64,000 bases of DNA, from positions 19,145,347 through 19,209,346 of the forward strand of contig NC_057719.1 in the NCBI RefSeq assembly GCF_004010195.1, read 5' to 3'. The position numbers and the translations under genes are program-made. Each line of letters opens with the position of its first letter. Within the stretch, counting starts at the first letter, position 1. Shown piece by piece: positions 12,785 to 26,589 of this stretch. Origin of the DNA: Chiloscyllium plagiosum (Eukaryota). Below the pieces are notes generated by a model. That model was given only the letters and a program-made list of their open reading frames with translations, did not search any database and was not told where the DNA came from.

Positions 12785-13707
12785 CCTTTGGCCAGCTCTC
12801 CTAATACCATGCGAGGAAGCACAATGTTGATTTTAGATAATGTTAAAGTATTTATATAACAATACTACAGTGAATGCTTTGCAACATTTCAGTGTAATGA
12901 AGGTGCCATACAAATGCAATATGTTGTTCTTGTTCTGGTCAAATAACCAATTTACACAAAAAGCAGGATCAATTGGGGAAGAATAGCAGAGCTTGATTTG
13001 ATTTCATTTCACTTTTCTTTTACAAACACTATCCCTGTGGGTCGGTTGCTATTTAAGAATTGTGCCCATCATTAGCATCTACTAATGGCTCTCTGAGCTG
13101 GCCACTGGAGATACATAGAGCAGGAGAGGTTAACGTGTCTTCTACTTCTGAATTAATTAATCCACAGCAAGCCCCACCTTTTCTCACCCTCCATCCAACC
13201 CCATTCCCCACCTTCTATCCTAAATTCTTGCCTCAGTTTGGTATAATGAACCAAGTAGTTGACCGAACAAACCAGCATCTTGTCAGCTGGGAAATGATCC
13301 CACTGCTCCATAATGTAACAAATTAATGTTTTGCCAGAAGGCAGGCCATCGCGTTATGCTTTGATTGCACTCTGGGCCAGGCCCAGCACAGCAAAGAATT
13401 AAATGGTGAAGCACAGCGATGAATAATAGCATCACTGAGCTGTGAAATTATTCAATCCCATAGAATAAATACACAACCAGTAAATGGCTGATCCTAACCA
13501 CATCTGACCGTGACCTCTTTTGACGCATTCCACTGCTCTCCTCAGGCCACCAGTGCCCTCACTAAGGGTCACTGCCTAACCATCCCCTTCCCTCACAATC
13601 ACACAACTGCAATTTCTTTTACTCTATATCTGCATTAACCTTCCCAGGGTAACTGCTACCCCACCAGACAATGGCAAAAATAGCAGGATAGAAATTAGCT
13701 GACCTCT

Positions 13708-13965
13708 GTGGCCTATATGGTGACAAATGAAACACTTCAATTTCTAACAAGTGGCGTACACATACATTACTACTCAGCTAGTGAAATGTTTTTAGCTGAA
13801 GTCTGTTATAAAGATTCAAATCTGTTATGTTATGGTCTTGTTAATGACTGCAAAGTCCAAGTTAAGTGCCCATGTTATGAAGCCTATTCAGCAGGGCAGA
13901 GAGTAATCGAAAATAGCCAAGTCTGTTCTGAGTTTCCCATCAGAATCAGAGTTTGTGAAATGTAA
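13708..13965 (+). pseudogene. Probable dynein pseudogene exon, after AAA4
   Basis: ORF ...TLQFLTSGVHIHYYSASEMFLAEV... resembles the 'VxIHxS' helix that follows AAA4. Weak similarity, but in the expected order. Confidence 0.35.
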
Positions 13966-14284
13966 GAAGAACAAATGACATAAATCTGTCTGTAGTTCAG
14001 TCAACTGCCAGTATTTGTAGTGTATAGGACTTTGCAGAATTACACGTACTAGCAGAACACATCAAGAGGAACAGAAAGAAATGTGAATTGTGTTCCAATG
14101 GAATGTGGATAGAGAGGATTACTGTTGCAAGCAGTGAGGCAACATATAAGAACATGACCTAACAGTCACAGAACCATCAAAATTTATGGCACAGAGGGAG
14201 GTGATTTGGCTCAATCTGTCCACACCAGCAGCTAATGAGCTCTACAGCTTAATCCCAATTCCCAATAAATGTGTTCCTTCTAAG

Positions 14285-14500
14285 AATGAGATTTGGGTTG
14301 TCGTTTTGTCAAAAATTTAAATTGAGATGGTCCAGCAAAGGATAAGCCACAGAGGGAAATACAGTTCACTTCCATTGCAAAATATACAAAATTAAATGGA
14401 AGCGAAAAAAAAACGGAGAACAGGGCACAGGAGAGAATCGAAATGGGGAATGAAGAAAAAAAGTCGTTATACCTGTGAGGGAGTTGATGTGTTAAAACTC
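14285..14500 (+). pseudogene. Possible dynein pseudogene exon, start of the stalk coiled coil
   Basis: ccttctaag| acceptor followed by MRFGLS (compare 'RLxxGLxKL') and a purine-rich, charged-codon stretch. Confidence 0.3.
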
Positions 14501-15454
14501 TAAGAAATAAAATTAGTAAGTGCGACATGTAGTACTCTAATGCAGATAAACTTAAATATTTACATTAACATGAGGATCACAGATATATTACTGAAGCATA
14601 AAAGTTATGTGTGGAAATAGATAGATAACGGAATAGTGATTAAATGCATGAGTCTTATATGGTTGGTTTGAAATGTTTTGGGAAGATTAAGGATTGGAAG
14701 TGCTAATATTAAGAGACAATCTAGGAGTAACCTGGGAAATGATTTGACCTAACTTTAAGACAGAAATAAATCTATTTTATCAATAGTTTACATTCATAGT
14801 ACACATTTAAAACAGAATAAAACATTCCAACTCACTCAGCAGATGGGCGATGAGACCAAACAAAATAGATTCAAGTCAAAAACCTCATCAAAGTAATGGG
14901 TTTTAAGCTGGATAAGTGAAGAAGACATTTCAACTGAAGATAAATGAAGAAGCATATGATTAAGAATGGGATTTTCTGAGCATGGGCTAGGTTATTGAAA
15001 GCACTAAAATCAGAGCTGGAGTTAAGGCAATGGGGAGGATGACTCACTTGAAGCCAGCATCATCGATGGAGCACAGAGTTCGAGTTGTGTCATAGGGCCA
15101 GGCCAGAATAGGGAGGGATAAGGCCATGAGGGGATTTAGAAACAAGGATGTAGACTTTAAAGTTGGCTCTCATTTCCTCAGCATTTCAAATGCAGGCTAG
15201 TGGAACTGCGATAGTGGGAGCAGAGTTTTGGATGAATTGAATTTTATGGATCACAGCAGATTGCTCAAGAAACTCTTGGAATAGTCAAGTATGGAGAGGA
15301 CAATGGGATAAATGAGGGTTTCAACAGAAAATGTACTGAGATGCGTAAAGTTACAGAGAAGGAAATAGGTTCAGCACAACATTAAATGGGATGTTTATTC
15401 TATAGGAAACCCAAGACAGAGATAATGATGTTATTATGGTTACTGACAAATAGA

Positions 15455-15770
15455 TGCACTGCAGAAATTCACCAAAGCTCCTCAGACAGCATCTTCCAAA
15501 CAACAACCACTTCCATCTAGAAGGACAAGGGCAACAGATATATGGAACACCATCACATTCACTCACCATCTTGATGTGGAAATATATCACGTTCTTTCAC
15601 TGTTGCTGGATCAAAATTCCAGAATTCCCTCCTTCATGGATTTGTGGGTCAATCCACAACAGGTGGACAGCAGCAGGTTCAAGAAGACAGTACATCCACC
15701 AACTTCTCAAAGGCAATAAATGCTGGCCAGCCAGTGACACCCACATCCCACAAATGAACGAATAAACAAA
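15455..15770 (+). mobile_element. LINE 3'-end fragment (dispersed family)
   Basis: Homologous pieces at about 16295-16420, 24505-24680 and 9900-10030 (-). Confidence 0.6.
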
Positions 15771-16621
15771 ACAAACAATGGTTGGAATTTAGCACCCTCC
15801 ACTTGGTGAGTCTGATTGAATTATTATTAGGTCTATTCATGTTGGTGGAGGTCAGTTAATATCCATTTCAGGTGCTCATTCCATTGCTTGTTACTAATGC
15901 AGTGGCTGGCAGCATGCTTACCTTGGAGGGGGGCATGATAAACAAACCTCTCAGAGGGAGATCACTTGTTTTCAGACACTCACTGGTGAGTTGCGGGAAC
16001 ACAGGCAGACGGTTGTCCGTGGCCATGCTACAAACACCTCTCCAATCATCACCCCATGCCTCCCTCTCACCATCACTCACCTGAGGTCTGGTATCCAGCA
16101 AGAATAGCAGGTATCAGGTGGGTCAGGTGACATACTGGCAGCAGCTGGAGGCAGACCTCCTACACCTGGGGTCTTTGAATGGGAAACTTCAGACTTAAGT
16201 GATCGAAATCTGTGAACCCGGCATTATTCCAGCCAAGACTTGGTGGCTGGCTTTTGACAATACCGCTATTAAAATAATCTTTTATGAATAACTGAACTCC
16301 TGGAACTCACTGAGAGACTGCAGCAATTCAAGAAGGCAGCTCAGCACCACCTTCTCCAGGAAAGTTACAGATGTGCAATGAATATTGGCCTAACTAGCAA
16401 TGTCCACTTCTCATAAACAAACACATTTTGAAACAAAAATTTAAAAATTTCACTAAACATAAGAATATATCCAGACTGTATCTTTTTTATTTTGTGATAT
16501 GTTTGATCAGGAACTCAAGTGGGAAAATAACTGTTTAATGAAAAAATGTTTTGTTGAAGGATTGCTTCACTTTTTCTTCAAAGAAGTAACTTGCCCCTCA
16601 TTGTAAGTATTGTTTGCACAG

Positions 16622-16910
16622 CTGGTTCCTTAAGGAGGAGTGCAAACTTAGTTTGCAGAGGAGCCAATGCATGCGTATGAATGGAGCTTTGTGGGACAAG
16701 TAACTGATGGTCTGTGGTCTAGTGACCAGTTATCAATGACAAAGGACTCTTGCCTGTCAATAACCAGATATCTGAATAGGTTGGGGATGTGAATGTTTTG
16801 GCAAAAGCCATCGGATCTCTGGAGGAGAAGGAGCTGCTTTTATACTGCAGTAAAAGGCAGCTCATGCCTGAAGATAGCCAACTTATTTTCCTATTCCAGT
16901 TTCCATAAGC
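16622..16910 (+). pseudogene. Dynein pseudogene exon, stalk CC1/MTBD start
   Basis: ttgcacag| acceptor. Reads LKEECKLSLQR...VLAKAIGSLEEKELLLYCS; compare 'LxxAxxALxxLxKxDIxExKS'. Several stops. Confidence 0.45.
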
Positions 16911-17759
16911 TGTGACTTGTAATTGATATGTCAAATACCTTCATAAGTATTTACCAGTTACCCTGTGCCTTTTGCAAACAAGTAGAAGTATCTGGATCTA
17001 GAACATTGAGGAGCAACATTTTGATCAGCACAAGATCATCTCAGCAAACCATGTGGATTGGGACTGCAAATGTTTTGTTAAGCAAAGGTAATTAAGTGAT
17101 AGGGCCAAAGGCAGCTAAATGTAATTAAGCCACAGATGAACCATGATCTCATTGAATGGCAGAACAGACTCAAGGGGCTGAATGGCCTACACCTGTTTCT
17201 ATGTTCCACTGAATTGCTTTCCTGGTCTTCCCCTTCGCCCATTTTTACTTTCCTGTGTTTATCCATCTGCATATGTGTGTAGCTGGGGAATTTTTAAGGG
17301 ACTTAAGAGTTTTAACATAGAATTATATGTTGACTGATTATAATTGTTTCTGTAGTTAAGATCAATTTAATTGTAATAAATCATTATTTTTGGTAAGTAC
17401 AGAATCCTAGTCCATGCTTTCTATTAATCCGGGTCTAAAATAAAGGTTAATTAGCGAACTTTGCATACTTTACAAAATCTTCAACTTTTCTAATGACTCC
17501 TGGAATAACAGGGCTTAACTTTCAGAATGCTACTCCAATGAGGACAAACAAGTACCCTTTAAGCAGTGCACGTTTAGGTTCAGAATATACAATGGGGATA
17601 GCAGAGTGTTTGTAAAGTTCTCAGTAGGGACCTTAATTTCCTCTGCATTATTTTTAACGTTGAATGAGTTCATGCTAAATTCCTGTCTGTGCTATTTTAA
17701 CCTTAGTTTAAATTCAAAGAAACTCTGCAAAAAGTATTGTATGACTTCTTGTTTTTGTT

Positions 17760-18131
17760 AAGGTATGAATAATTGTGGGATTTGATAATCCCATATTCTT
17801 AGGACTCCATTTATCAAAGAATTTCAAAATATTCAAGAAATTTATTTTAATAACATGAATGCTAGCCAAAATATCTTTTATTTTAAAATAACAAATGACT
17901 AACTCTGACAATCTTTGTCAATATTTCACTTGTTCAGTTGTAATGATCCAATCAACACCTGCACAATGTAGACCCAAACATTCTTGTAAGTCAGCTCACA
18001 CAACACCATCCACATATATTCGCAAAATGGAACTATTAAGAAAAATGAATGTAAGATTGGTAATGCATGGGACTATAACTATTTTAAATATTAGATACCT
18101 GGATTTCAAAGTAGAATCAGTCTGGAAGTGA
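17760..18131 (+). pseudogene. Possible dynein pseudogene exon, MTBD
   Basis: ORF 17895-18131 contains SCKSAHTTPSTYIRKMELLRKM (compare 'SxAAxxLxxWVxAMxxY'). Weak, but in the expected order. Confidence 0.3.
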
Positions 18132-18180
18132 AGAACAACATGCTGTGTGTGATGCAAATAAGGTCAGGTCTATTTCCAAC

Positions 18181-18344
18181 ATAAAACAAGAAATTGCAGG
18201 AGAAACTCAGCAGGTCTGGCAGCATCTGTGGATAGAAAGCAGAGTTAACATTTCTGACCCTTCTTCAGAACTGATCTGCTGAGCTTCTCCAGCAATTTCT
18301 GATTTTATTTCAGATCTTCAACATTCACAGTTCTTTGTTTTGTT
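18181..18344. mobile_element. Partly palindromic family B element
   Basis: Imperfect 17-bp TSD tcaggtctatttccaac / tcaggtcgattttcaac (18164-18180 and 18345-18361). Confidence 0.65.
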
Positions 18345-18637
18345 TCAGGTCGATTTTCAACCCAATTTAGATCAAGAAGTCAAAGACAGGTTGGCTTCTT
18401 AACCACTGTTATGATCCCAGATAATGGTAATAATAAATACGTAAGATCTCAAACTGAAATTGAGCTTCATAGTTCTTTGTTTTGCAGTTTATCATTGTTC
18501 TGGTTAGTCAATGAAACATATTAATAAGAGACTGCATATGTTCTTGAATAACAGAACGTAGGACAGTTAAATAAAAGAAATACATAAATAAAGCTATATA
18601 AAGACAGTTAGAAATTTTAAAAATATCAAAACAAAGT

Positions 18638-19827
18638 GAGTTTTGAGAAGATTTGTAGCTTATGTTGAGGTTTTGGATGTAGGTTTGCTCACTGAGCTGA
18701 AAGGTACATTTCCAGATGTTTCATTACCTTACTGGGTAATATCTTCAGTGGACCTCATGAGAAGCAATGCTGAAACTTCCTGCTTTCTATTTATATGTTT
18801 GGGTTTCTTTGGGTTGGTGATGTCATTTCCTTTGGTGATGTTATTTCCTGTGGTAAAGTCACTTCCTGTTCCTTTTCTCAGGGGGTGGTAGATGGGGGTC
18901 TAACTCTATGTGTTTGTTGATAGAGTTCTGGTTGTAATGCCATGCTTCTAGGAATTCTCGTGTGTGTCTTTGTTTGGCTTGTCGTGTTGTCCCAGTCGAA
19001 GTGGTGTCCTTCCTCATCCGTATGTGAGGATACTAGTGAGAGAGGGTCATGTCTTTTTGAGGCTAGTTGATGTTCATGTATCCTGGTGGCTGGTTTTCTG
19101 CCTGTTTGTCCAATGTATTGTTTGTTACAGTCCTTGCACGGTATTTTGTAAATTACATTAGTTTTGCTTGTTGTCTGTATAGAGTCTTTCAAGTTCACTA
19201 GCTGCTATTTTAATGTGTTGGTAGATTTGTGGGCTACCATGATGCCAAGGGGTCTGAGTAATCTGGCAGTCATTTCTGAGATGTCTTTGATGTAGGGGAG
19301 TGTGGCTAGGGTTTCTGGACATGTTTTGTCTGCTTGTTTGCAAAATACCATGCAAGGACTGTAACAAACAATACATTGGACAAACAGGCAGAAAACTAGC
19401 CACCAGGATACATGAACGCCAACTAGCCACAAAAAGACATGACCCTCTCTCACTGGTATCCTCACATACTGATGAGGAAGGACACCACTTCGACTGGGAC
19501 AAAACATCCATCCAAGGATAAGCCAAACAAAGACACACATGAGAATTCCTAGAAGCATGGCATTCCAACCAGAACTCTATCAACAAACACATCAAGTTAG
19601 ACCCCATCTACCACCCTCTGAGAAAAGGAACAGGAAGTAACTTCACCACAGGAAATAGCATCACTAAAGGAAATGACATCACCAACCCAAAGAAACCCAA
19701 ACATATAAATAGAAAGCAGAAAGTTTCAGCATTGTTTCGCATGTGGTCCACTAAAGATGTTATCTGGTAAGGTAATGAAACATCTGGAAATGAACGTTTC
19801 AGCTCAGCGAGCAAACTTGCATCTAAA
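18638..19827. mobile_element. Penelope-like element (family C) with an inverted duplicated 3' end
   Basis: GIY-YIG VIYKIPCKDCNKQYIGQTGRK..RIHEH on the - strand (18878-19198) and again on the + strand (19340-19521); 13-bp TSD atcaaaacaaagt (18625-18637 and 19828-19840). Confidence 0.9.
18711..18752 (-). ncRNA. Minimal hammerhead ribozyme motif (family C)
   Basis: tcca-CTGAAGA-t-ATTACC cagtaa GGTAAT-GAAA-ca-TC-tgga, with a 4-bp stem I and a 6-bp stem II. Confidence 0.7.
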
Positions 19828-21339
19828 ATCAAAACAAAGTTTCAACCAGGTTCCCAACATCATCAATTACAAAGACTCAATCTTGGAGAAATATCACTCT
19901 TCTAAGTGATTGTAAAAAGGTCAGCCAGGTATACCTCATAGAATCAGAGTTCCCTGATAGGGGTTGTTAAACTGGTCTAATCAGGGAGGCTTGGCTGACA
20001 GGTACGAACAGAATTGTCAGATATCCTGTTCACTCTGAGAACTGGCTCTGAGAGAGCTGGATCAGTGTCAAGTACTCTCAATGTGTCAATAAATGGTGAC
20101 TTTGTGAAGGGATATCAGCTTTTCAACTCCTAGCTCAGTTTTTAAAATATTTATTTAACTGGCTTTCTCCAGTTTCTTTTCCTTGAACTACAGAGACAAT
20201 TTTACAATTTGTTTCCAAGTCTGCAGTGCTGGCTTTTCTAAGTCTCTTAATTTCAATGACTTAAACGTCTTCAATTCCAACAGTTTGAAGATTTCTATCC
20301 AAATTCTCCTGCCTTACAAGATTGGCACTATAGCACGTCATACTTAAGGTGACTGGTTCCTTTCTATTGACATGATTCATCTGCTAAAATAAAGTAATCT
20401 ATTAACTGAACTAAACTCTGATTTCTTCTGAACTAAAACTTTGAAGCTTCTGTTTTGAATTCAAAACTAAACTAATTGCCTTTGTGTATTGATCCTGCCT
20501 GCCATAAACCTCAGTTTAAACATTTGTTATACCCAGACCTGAGGTGATGTTACCCACTGTGTTATAGTACCAAATGGGATGCCCCAAATTGTTAACCTCC
20601 CGAATGAGGAGGAATAAAATGGCTCCTCTTTTTTGTTCATCCATCCCCTCAGCAGCAAGATCAATTTAAAAATAGACCCACTCACTTGTTGATATTTTCT
20701 CCCAGTCACAAATGACCTTATGCTTTAAAAGGATCCAATTCAACCCAGGTATCCTTGAATTAACAAAGAGTTGTCTCATTAAATAATAAACTAGAAACAA
20801 TTAGTAATACAACATATATGTAGATTAGAAATAAGAGGTGAGTTCAAAAAGGTTTTATAAATACACCAGTGTCTGTATTGTTTGCAAAGAACATTTATTT
20901 GAATGTTACAGCTATTGCCATAAAGGTTATTGATAGCAATGACATTGATATTCCAGCAGTCAATTTCAAGATTCTAAGTCTCCTGATTTACAAGATCTGC
21001 ACTATAACATGTCATACTTAAGGTGGGTTGGTTCCCTTGCATTAACTTAATTCATCTGATTAAAAAAAACAATCTATTTTCTGAACTGAACTCTGGATTC
21101 TTCTGAACTAAAACTTTGAATCTTCTGTTTTGAAGTCAAAACTAAATTAATTGTCTTTATGTATTTATTCTACCTGCCATAAATCTCAGTTTAAAAAAGC
21201 TGATAGAAATTCCAAGTTCTGATTGCTTTTGACTGTGTGTAATTTCCAGCATTCATGGTGAGAGAGTGTCCTTTGTTGTTCTGTTTTCTGTTGTCTACCA
21301 GCTGGCTGATCAGAGCAAGAGAACCTTTTTACCTGCAGC

Positions 21340-21675
21340 ACAGAGGTGACTAGCTGATAGATTTTTTGTTTGTGGCCTTCATAGTACACCAACACTTAAA
21401 CCCAGGCTGGTAAACATAGTAAACACCTTCGCTTGCTTGACACACAAAAGGACATTCAGTCTCAAAGCATCTGTCAGTAAAGTTGAAATCAGATCTTCTT
21501 TAACTTCTGTCTTTGTGTATTCTTCAAATAGAAAGACGCAAATGTGTCTGCAGCTTGTGGCAAAATTCATAGCGTGTAGCTTTCTGATGTGCAGTGGTGT
21601 TGTCAGTTCCTCATTATCATTGTAGTTAAAGGAGATCAAAGTTCACCACCCAGACTTGCCTATTTCCCTTTGTAA
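21340..21675 (+). pseudogene. Dynein pseudogene exon, stalk CC2
   Basis: KPRLVNIVNTFACLTHKRTF...LQLVAKFIACSFLMCSGVV; compare 'KLxRAxxLxxxLxxExxRW...LVGDxLLAAAFLSYxG'. Confidence 0.5.
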
Positions 21676-22190
21676 GGTTGTGTTTAAAGTTCCCTTTTCT
21701 CCTTTAGGTGTAACTTTCTGTGGGTCTCTCACTCTAGACAGCTTTGTTAATGCATGTCCTGTAACCATTTTGGTTGTATCCTTTCGGAACTAATCTGTGC
21801 CCATCTGCCTCTATTTTGAAATCTAAATCGAGAAAGTATAATATATTATATTCATATAGATTATACAAATAAGCATGATGATTGACTATTGAAAATGAAT
21901 GTCATGTTAAACCACTTTATAGGGTATTAAGAGTTATGCATGTGCACTCCCTCACTATTATATCTGCACTAATTGTAAAATTTTGGCATATATATATGTT
22001 GAAACTGAGCACAACATATTTGGGTGGGAACTACAAGTGTTACTCTGTCACAATATGCAATGTTTTTCAGAGATTGGAGTTAAAGTACTCTTTGATAAAG
22101 TAAAGGGGACTTTATGCTGTATTTGTCTCATGATCTCCCTAACTTGGGCACAAAATTAAAATTGTTAAATAGCTGGCCACATTGTGTCTT

Positions 22191-22322
22191 TTCCTGATGA
22201 AGGGATTTTGCCTGATGCCACGATTCTCCTACTCCTCAGATGCTGTCTGACCTGCTGTGCTTTTCCAGCACCACACTCTCAACTCTAATCTCCAGCATCT
22301 GCAGTCCTCACTTTCACCTAGG
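22191..22322 (+). mobile_element. Short family A PLE-terminus insertion
   Basis: Begins at ttcCTGATGA; flanked by an imperfect direct repeat tggccaca.tgtgtc(c)ttttcc (22174-22194 and 22323-22344). Confidence 0.75.
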
Positions 22323-22744
22323 TGGCCACACTGTGTCCTTTTCCAGTATCATTATTCCTCACCTTGCTGAATGCCATGTCATTAATCAATGGAAGCACTA
22401 ATTTAATATAAAACAAAGAACCAACAACACATCACTACAAAGGCTGGGGGACTGGATGCAAACTGTGTTGGTATCTGTGGGAGTACAATTAAGAAGTAGC
22501 TCAGCAGTATTCTGAACTTAGAATTCTTGGATTCTTCTATGGCAGATTGGATATTATAGTTAACTGAAGTCATATCTGATAGTAACTGCGCATAATGCCA
22601 TCAAACTGTAAAATGTGCCATTTTACCATAGCAACATCCCTATTTTCGGTGAATACACACAGTGATACACAAAAAAAAATCTTTGGGAATACAAAAACTG
22701 ATATTATTGCATATACACCAATGTCTGTTCAAACTGACCTTCAG

Positions 22745-23264
22745 GAATCATTTGCTGCGCATCACACAGAGCCCCCAGCCTCTTCATCTTGAGTCCATTA
22801 ATCCTCTCTGTACTTAATTTCCTTTACAGCTTTCAAAGTATACACGTCTTCGATCTTATAACAGCTGCTGGATGGATTTTCTTTGCATTGCTTCAGCTGA
22901 ATTTTGTAAAGAATGATTGCGAATGCATGAGATAATGGTATGTTTTTTATTAATTCACAATTTCTGTTCTGAATAAATGAAAAAGTGCAAACAATTCTTT
23001 TTTTTTGTTGAAGAAATGATCCTGGGGTTTCAAAAGGTTAAGCCCTCTCCTCACACTGCTTTACGAATGACACATGCTTGTGTTTCTTATCTGCTGTTTG
23101 AGATGGGTATCAGTAACTTCCCTTGGGGTCTGAATGCTTCAATCCATGGATCATCCATCCTTTTGCTTGCATCTCAGTCTGCATTTAGTTTTCTCAAAAT
23201 GTACATTTACTTAGCAACAAAAAGATTAATGCACAGCTCCTCAAGCTCTTCAACTCTAAGATAA
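22745..23264 (+). pseudogene. Dynein pseudogene exon(s), AAA5 and the following segment
   Basis: ccttcag| acceptor. Reads HLLRITQSPQPLHLE, then after a frameshift LISFTAF...IL*QLLD (compare 'LYLTTxLxNPH...LINFxVTxxGLEDQLL'). Then VEEMILGF and ASIHGSSILLL...KMYIYL (compare 'AxRGSxLYF...MYQYSL'). Possible donor at 22937. Confidence 0.65.
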
Positions 23265-23379
23265 AATCATTTCTGCAATGGCAAAATATGCATCAACAAT
23301 ACCTTTTCTTTGTTGTTCCATATTTCTGTGATTTAAGAAATATTTTGTGATTATTTGTCATTTTTACCATTCTAACATT

Positions 23380-23772
23380 CAAATTAATACAGAGGCTTTT
23401 GGTGTAGTTTATGATAAATATTAGAAAACATTTTCCCACCACTGTGTCAGAATATACAGAGAGATTGACCTGTCCAGAGTTTATTTGGATATTCACTTGC
23501 TATCTGCACACACTAAACAGAATTGAAACGCAGCCTTCTGACATACTGTACAATGTGAATATGCACTTACAAGGATCTTATAGATCTAATTTTGCTTCTT
23601 TTGTATGGGCTCTCCCTCAATCACAGTCACGTTCCTTGTGTGCTTTAGTCATTGGCTATGAATTCTTTCAAGCATTAATTGTAAAATCTATTGTAGAACT
23701 GACTCAGAAAAAATGCCAAAATGCTTCATGTTATACTAAAATATTGGATTGGGACTTTTTTTTTGCTACTGG
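23380..23772 (+). pseudogene. Dynein pseudogene exon, between AAA5 and AAA6
   Basis: 121-codon + ORF ending at GG|gtaagg. NIRKHFPTTVSEYTERLTCPEFIWIFTCYL resembles 'LTxxVYxYxxRxLFxxHKLxFxxLL'; WALPQSQSRSLCAL resembles 'WLxxxxWxxLxxL'. Confidence 0.55.
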
Positions 23773-24894
23773 GTAAGGTATTATGTTACACAGATGTCAA
23801 AATAATAGCTAGAATTGCATTCAACTTGTACAAGAAATTAACTTTGATACTGAAATTGGCTAATTACTAGAATGAAAAGTTCTACTAGGCAAAACTGCAT
23901 GTAATCCTGAAGCTTATTATTATAAGCCTTTAAATATTTTCACATGATGGGAAAGCCTCATACAAATGCCATAGATGCAGAAAATTGAAGGAAAAAGAAA
24001 GACAGTCTTAGAAATACTCAGCGGGACAGGCAACTAAAGTGGAGAGAGAAAAATACCGTAGCTTTTCACTACTGATGTATTTTTGTTGTCAAATTATTGA
24101 TGAGCCTGAAAATCAGAAGTCTTGCCACCGTCAACATGGCAGCTACCATTTTGCAGAGGCAGGAATGGGGCAGGTTATATTTCATGTATGCATGATTCTT
24201 GGACTCAGCTGCTGATTTAAATTAGCACTTGTCTCCAGTCATGTGATTTTGGTGTCACGGATGTCTGAAACATGCCACAAACAAGTAGAAGCATGTCTGA
24301 ATTTCATGAATTTGCTTTGGGTAGCCAGATCTCTTTGGTGAGGTAAGGTATCCCTTTGGATACAACCCCAGGTTAGGTTTGCAAAGGTGAGGTGCCGAGT
24401 GGAAGAGGTAAGGTGCTGTTTGGGCATGAACTTTGCATAAACATGCACAAACCCATTGTAACTACTGTGAGTCACTGAAACAGTCAAGGTGAATTATGAG
24501 AAGTTTAAATCCTGACTTGGAAGTGTATCGCCATTCCTTCACTGTTGCTGGGTCAAAATCCTGGAATTCCCTTCCTAAGGACATTGTAGATTTATCTGCA
24601 ACACGTTGACTGCAGTGGTTCAAGAAGGCAGCTCACCAGCCAGTGATGCCAATGTCCCATGACTGAGTAAAAATAAAAGAGGCATTTCATGAAGGATAGT
24701 AAAAAGGAGCTATCAAGCTATCGCGACATTGAAATGTCCAAATATTTGAAAGAAAAAGTATGGATAGTTGAAAAAATATTGCACGAATTATGCTTTTTCT
24801 GTTGACATAATCCTGAGGGGTATCATTATTACATTAGTGCTGCATGGCTGTATTCACAACCTTCCATCATCACAACAGGATACCTACCATTACA

Positions 24895-25031
24895 AACAAA
24901 AACAAAGAACTACCAATGCTGGAAATCAGAAACAAAAACAGAAATTGCTGGAGCAACTCAGCAAGTCTGGCAGCATCTGTGAAGAGAAAGCAGAGGTAAC
25001 GCTTCAGGTTCAGCGACCCTTGTTCAGAACT
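24895..25031 (-). mobile_element. Short family B element
   Basis: Homology to other copies; imperfect TSD at 24881-24894 and 25034-25047. Confidence 0.65.
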
Positions 25032-26589
25032 AGTACCTGTCAATACATCTCCAAATTATTATACACTTTTTGGCATAGGATTATAAATTCCAACCTTTGT
25101 TGTCATAAGGGATTGTGCATATAAACAAAATACTTGTTGTCATAAGGCATTCTGTAGTAGAAGGATTGTAATCAATGGGTCTTTTTATGAATGAGAGGTT
25201 TATTTTTGTAATTTGTTTGGGAATGTATTAACAGGGCAGTACACCAGAATTGAGACTCGATATTCACTGAGAAGCTTTATGGTCAGCTCTTAAGAGGTAG
25301 TTTGGTGCTTCATCTGTGAGTTTTCTTATTGGTGATTCAGGAGCCCCCTGAAGATACTGCCCCCACACTGAGTGCATGGAGCACTAAATCTCAATATAAC
25401 TGTGCATTTTACCAACTAAGATTCCTGACATATAATGCTGAAAAAGAGAGAAAATAATAGTGACATTTTAGGTGAACAGTGTTCAGTTTTGGAATTAAAA
25501 CATAAAGTGCTAGAAAACCTCAGAATGTCTGGCAACATCTGGGGAGACAGAAACAGAGTTAACATTGAGCATTAAATTTTCAGGGAGTACTCTTGTTCTT
25601 ATTTTTTGTGCTTCTCTGTAAGAGACCATCCTATGCATTAGATGGCTGTGTGTTGCTCTGTGGGAAGCATCCTTCCAAGATCATACAAGTCAAAGGTGTT
25701 TCTGAGCACTGAAGTGAAGTCCTTAAGTCTCATGTGGTTTCTGAGTTGATTCATGATCATCCATAATAATGTGGTGATACCAGTTTCGGTGATTGAATGG
25801 TGGAGGGTGGTCGCTGCTCTTGGATCATGCCATGAGATGAGATAAAGGAGCATCAACTTAAGTCTGAGATGAGAAGGAATTTCCTTTCTCAGAGGATTGT
25901 CAATGTTGGAACTTTTTACTACAGAGAGTGATGTGGGGCAGGGTCCTTACATATTTAAGGCTGGGATGGATAAACTCTTGATCAGAAGGGGAATCAAAGG
26001 TTAGGGAGAAAAGACAGGAAAGCAGACGTGAGGAATATCGGACGAACCATGGTCCTATTGACTAACAAGATTCTGAATTTTGTTGTTATGATGAGGAGAT
26101 ACACTCGAGTTGAAAGATTAACTCGGTTTCCCTTTTCAAACACGCTGCCAGACTTGCTGAGATTCTCCAGCACTTTATATTTTATTTCAGATTTCCATCA
26201 TCCACAGTGTTTTATTTTTGTGATCAATTATGGTTTTGGATGCATTATAATGGTTATAAGTTTCTATATATGAAAGAGAAGTGCTCTCTCAGCCAAAACG
26301 AATGGATTTTGGCTCTCAAAATTAATACTGAATAGGCATTTCACCCTCTCTTACCTACATCAAGAGAGTTTGGATAAGCCTTATGGAAAACGTTCTCGTC
26401 AAAATAGTTATACCCCATTTTTTAAATGAATATGTGGAACTGGAATAAGTGCATTTACAATATAACATTCAATTGATAAAATGACAATAATAAATGGATT
26501 CTCTGTCATCACATATATTTCTCAAGAGAGGAATATAATTTTTGTGTCGCTTTGCACAAATACAGTCTAGCTTCTCCCATGATACCCAA

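Larger units (their letters stand above)
18407..21194. mobile_element. Two tandem, related LTR-like elements (18407-20520 and 20525-21194)
   Basis: Both start TGTTAT..CCCAG and end in the same roughly 220-bp block. The first hosts nested insertions. Confidence 0.5.
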
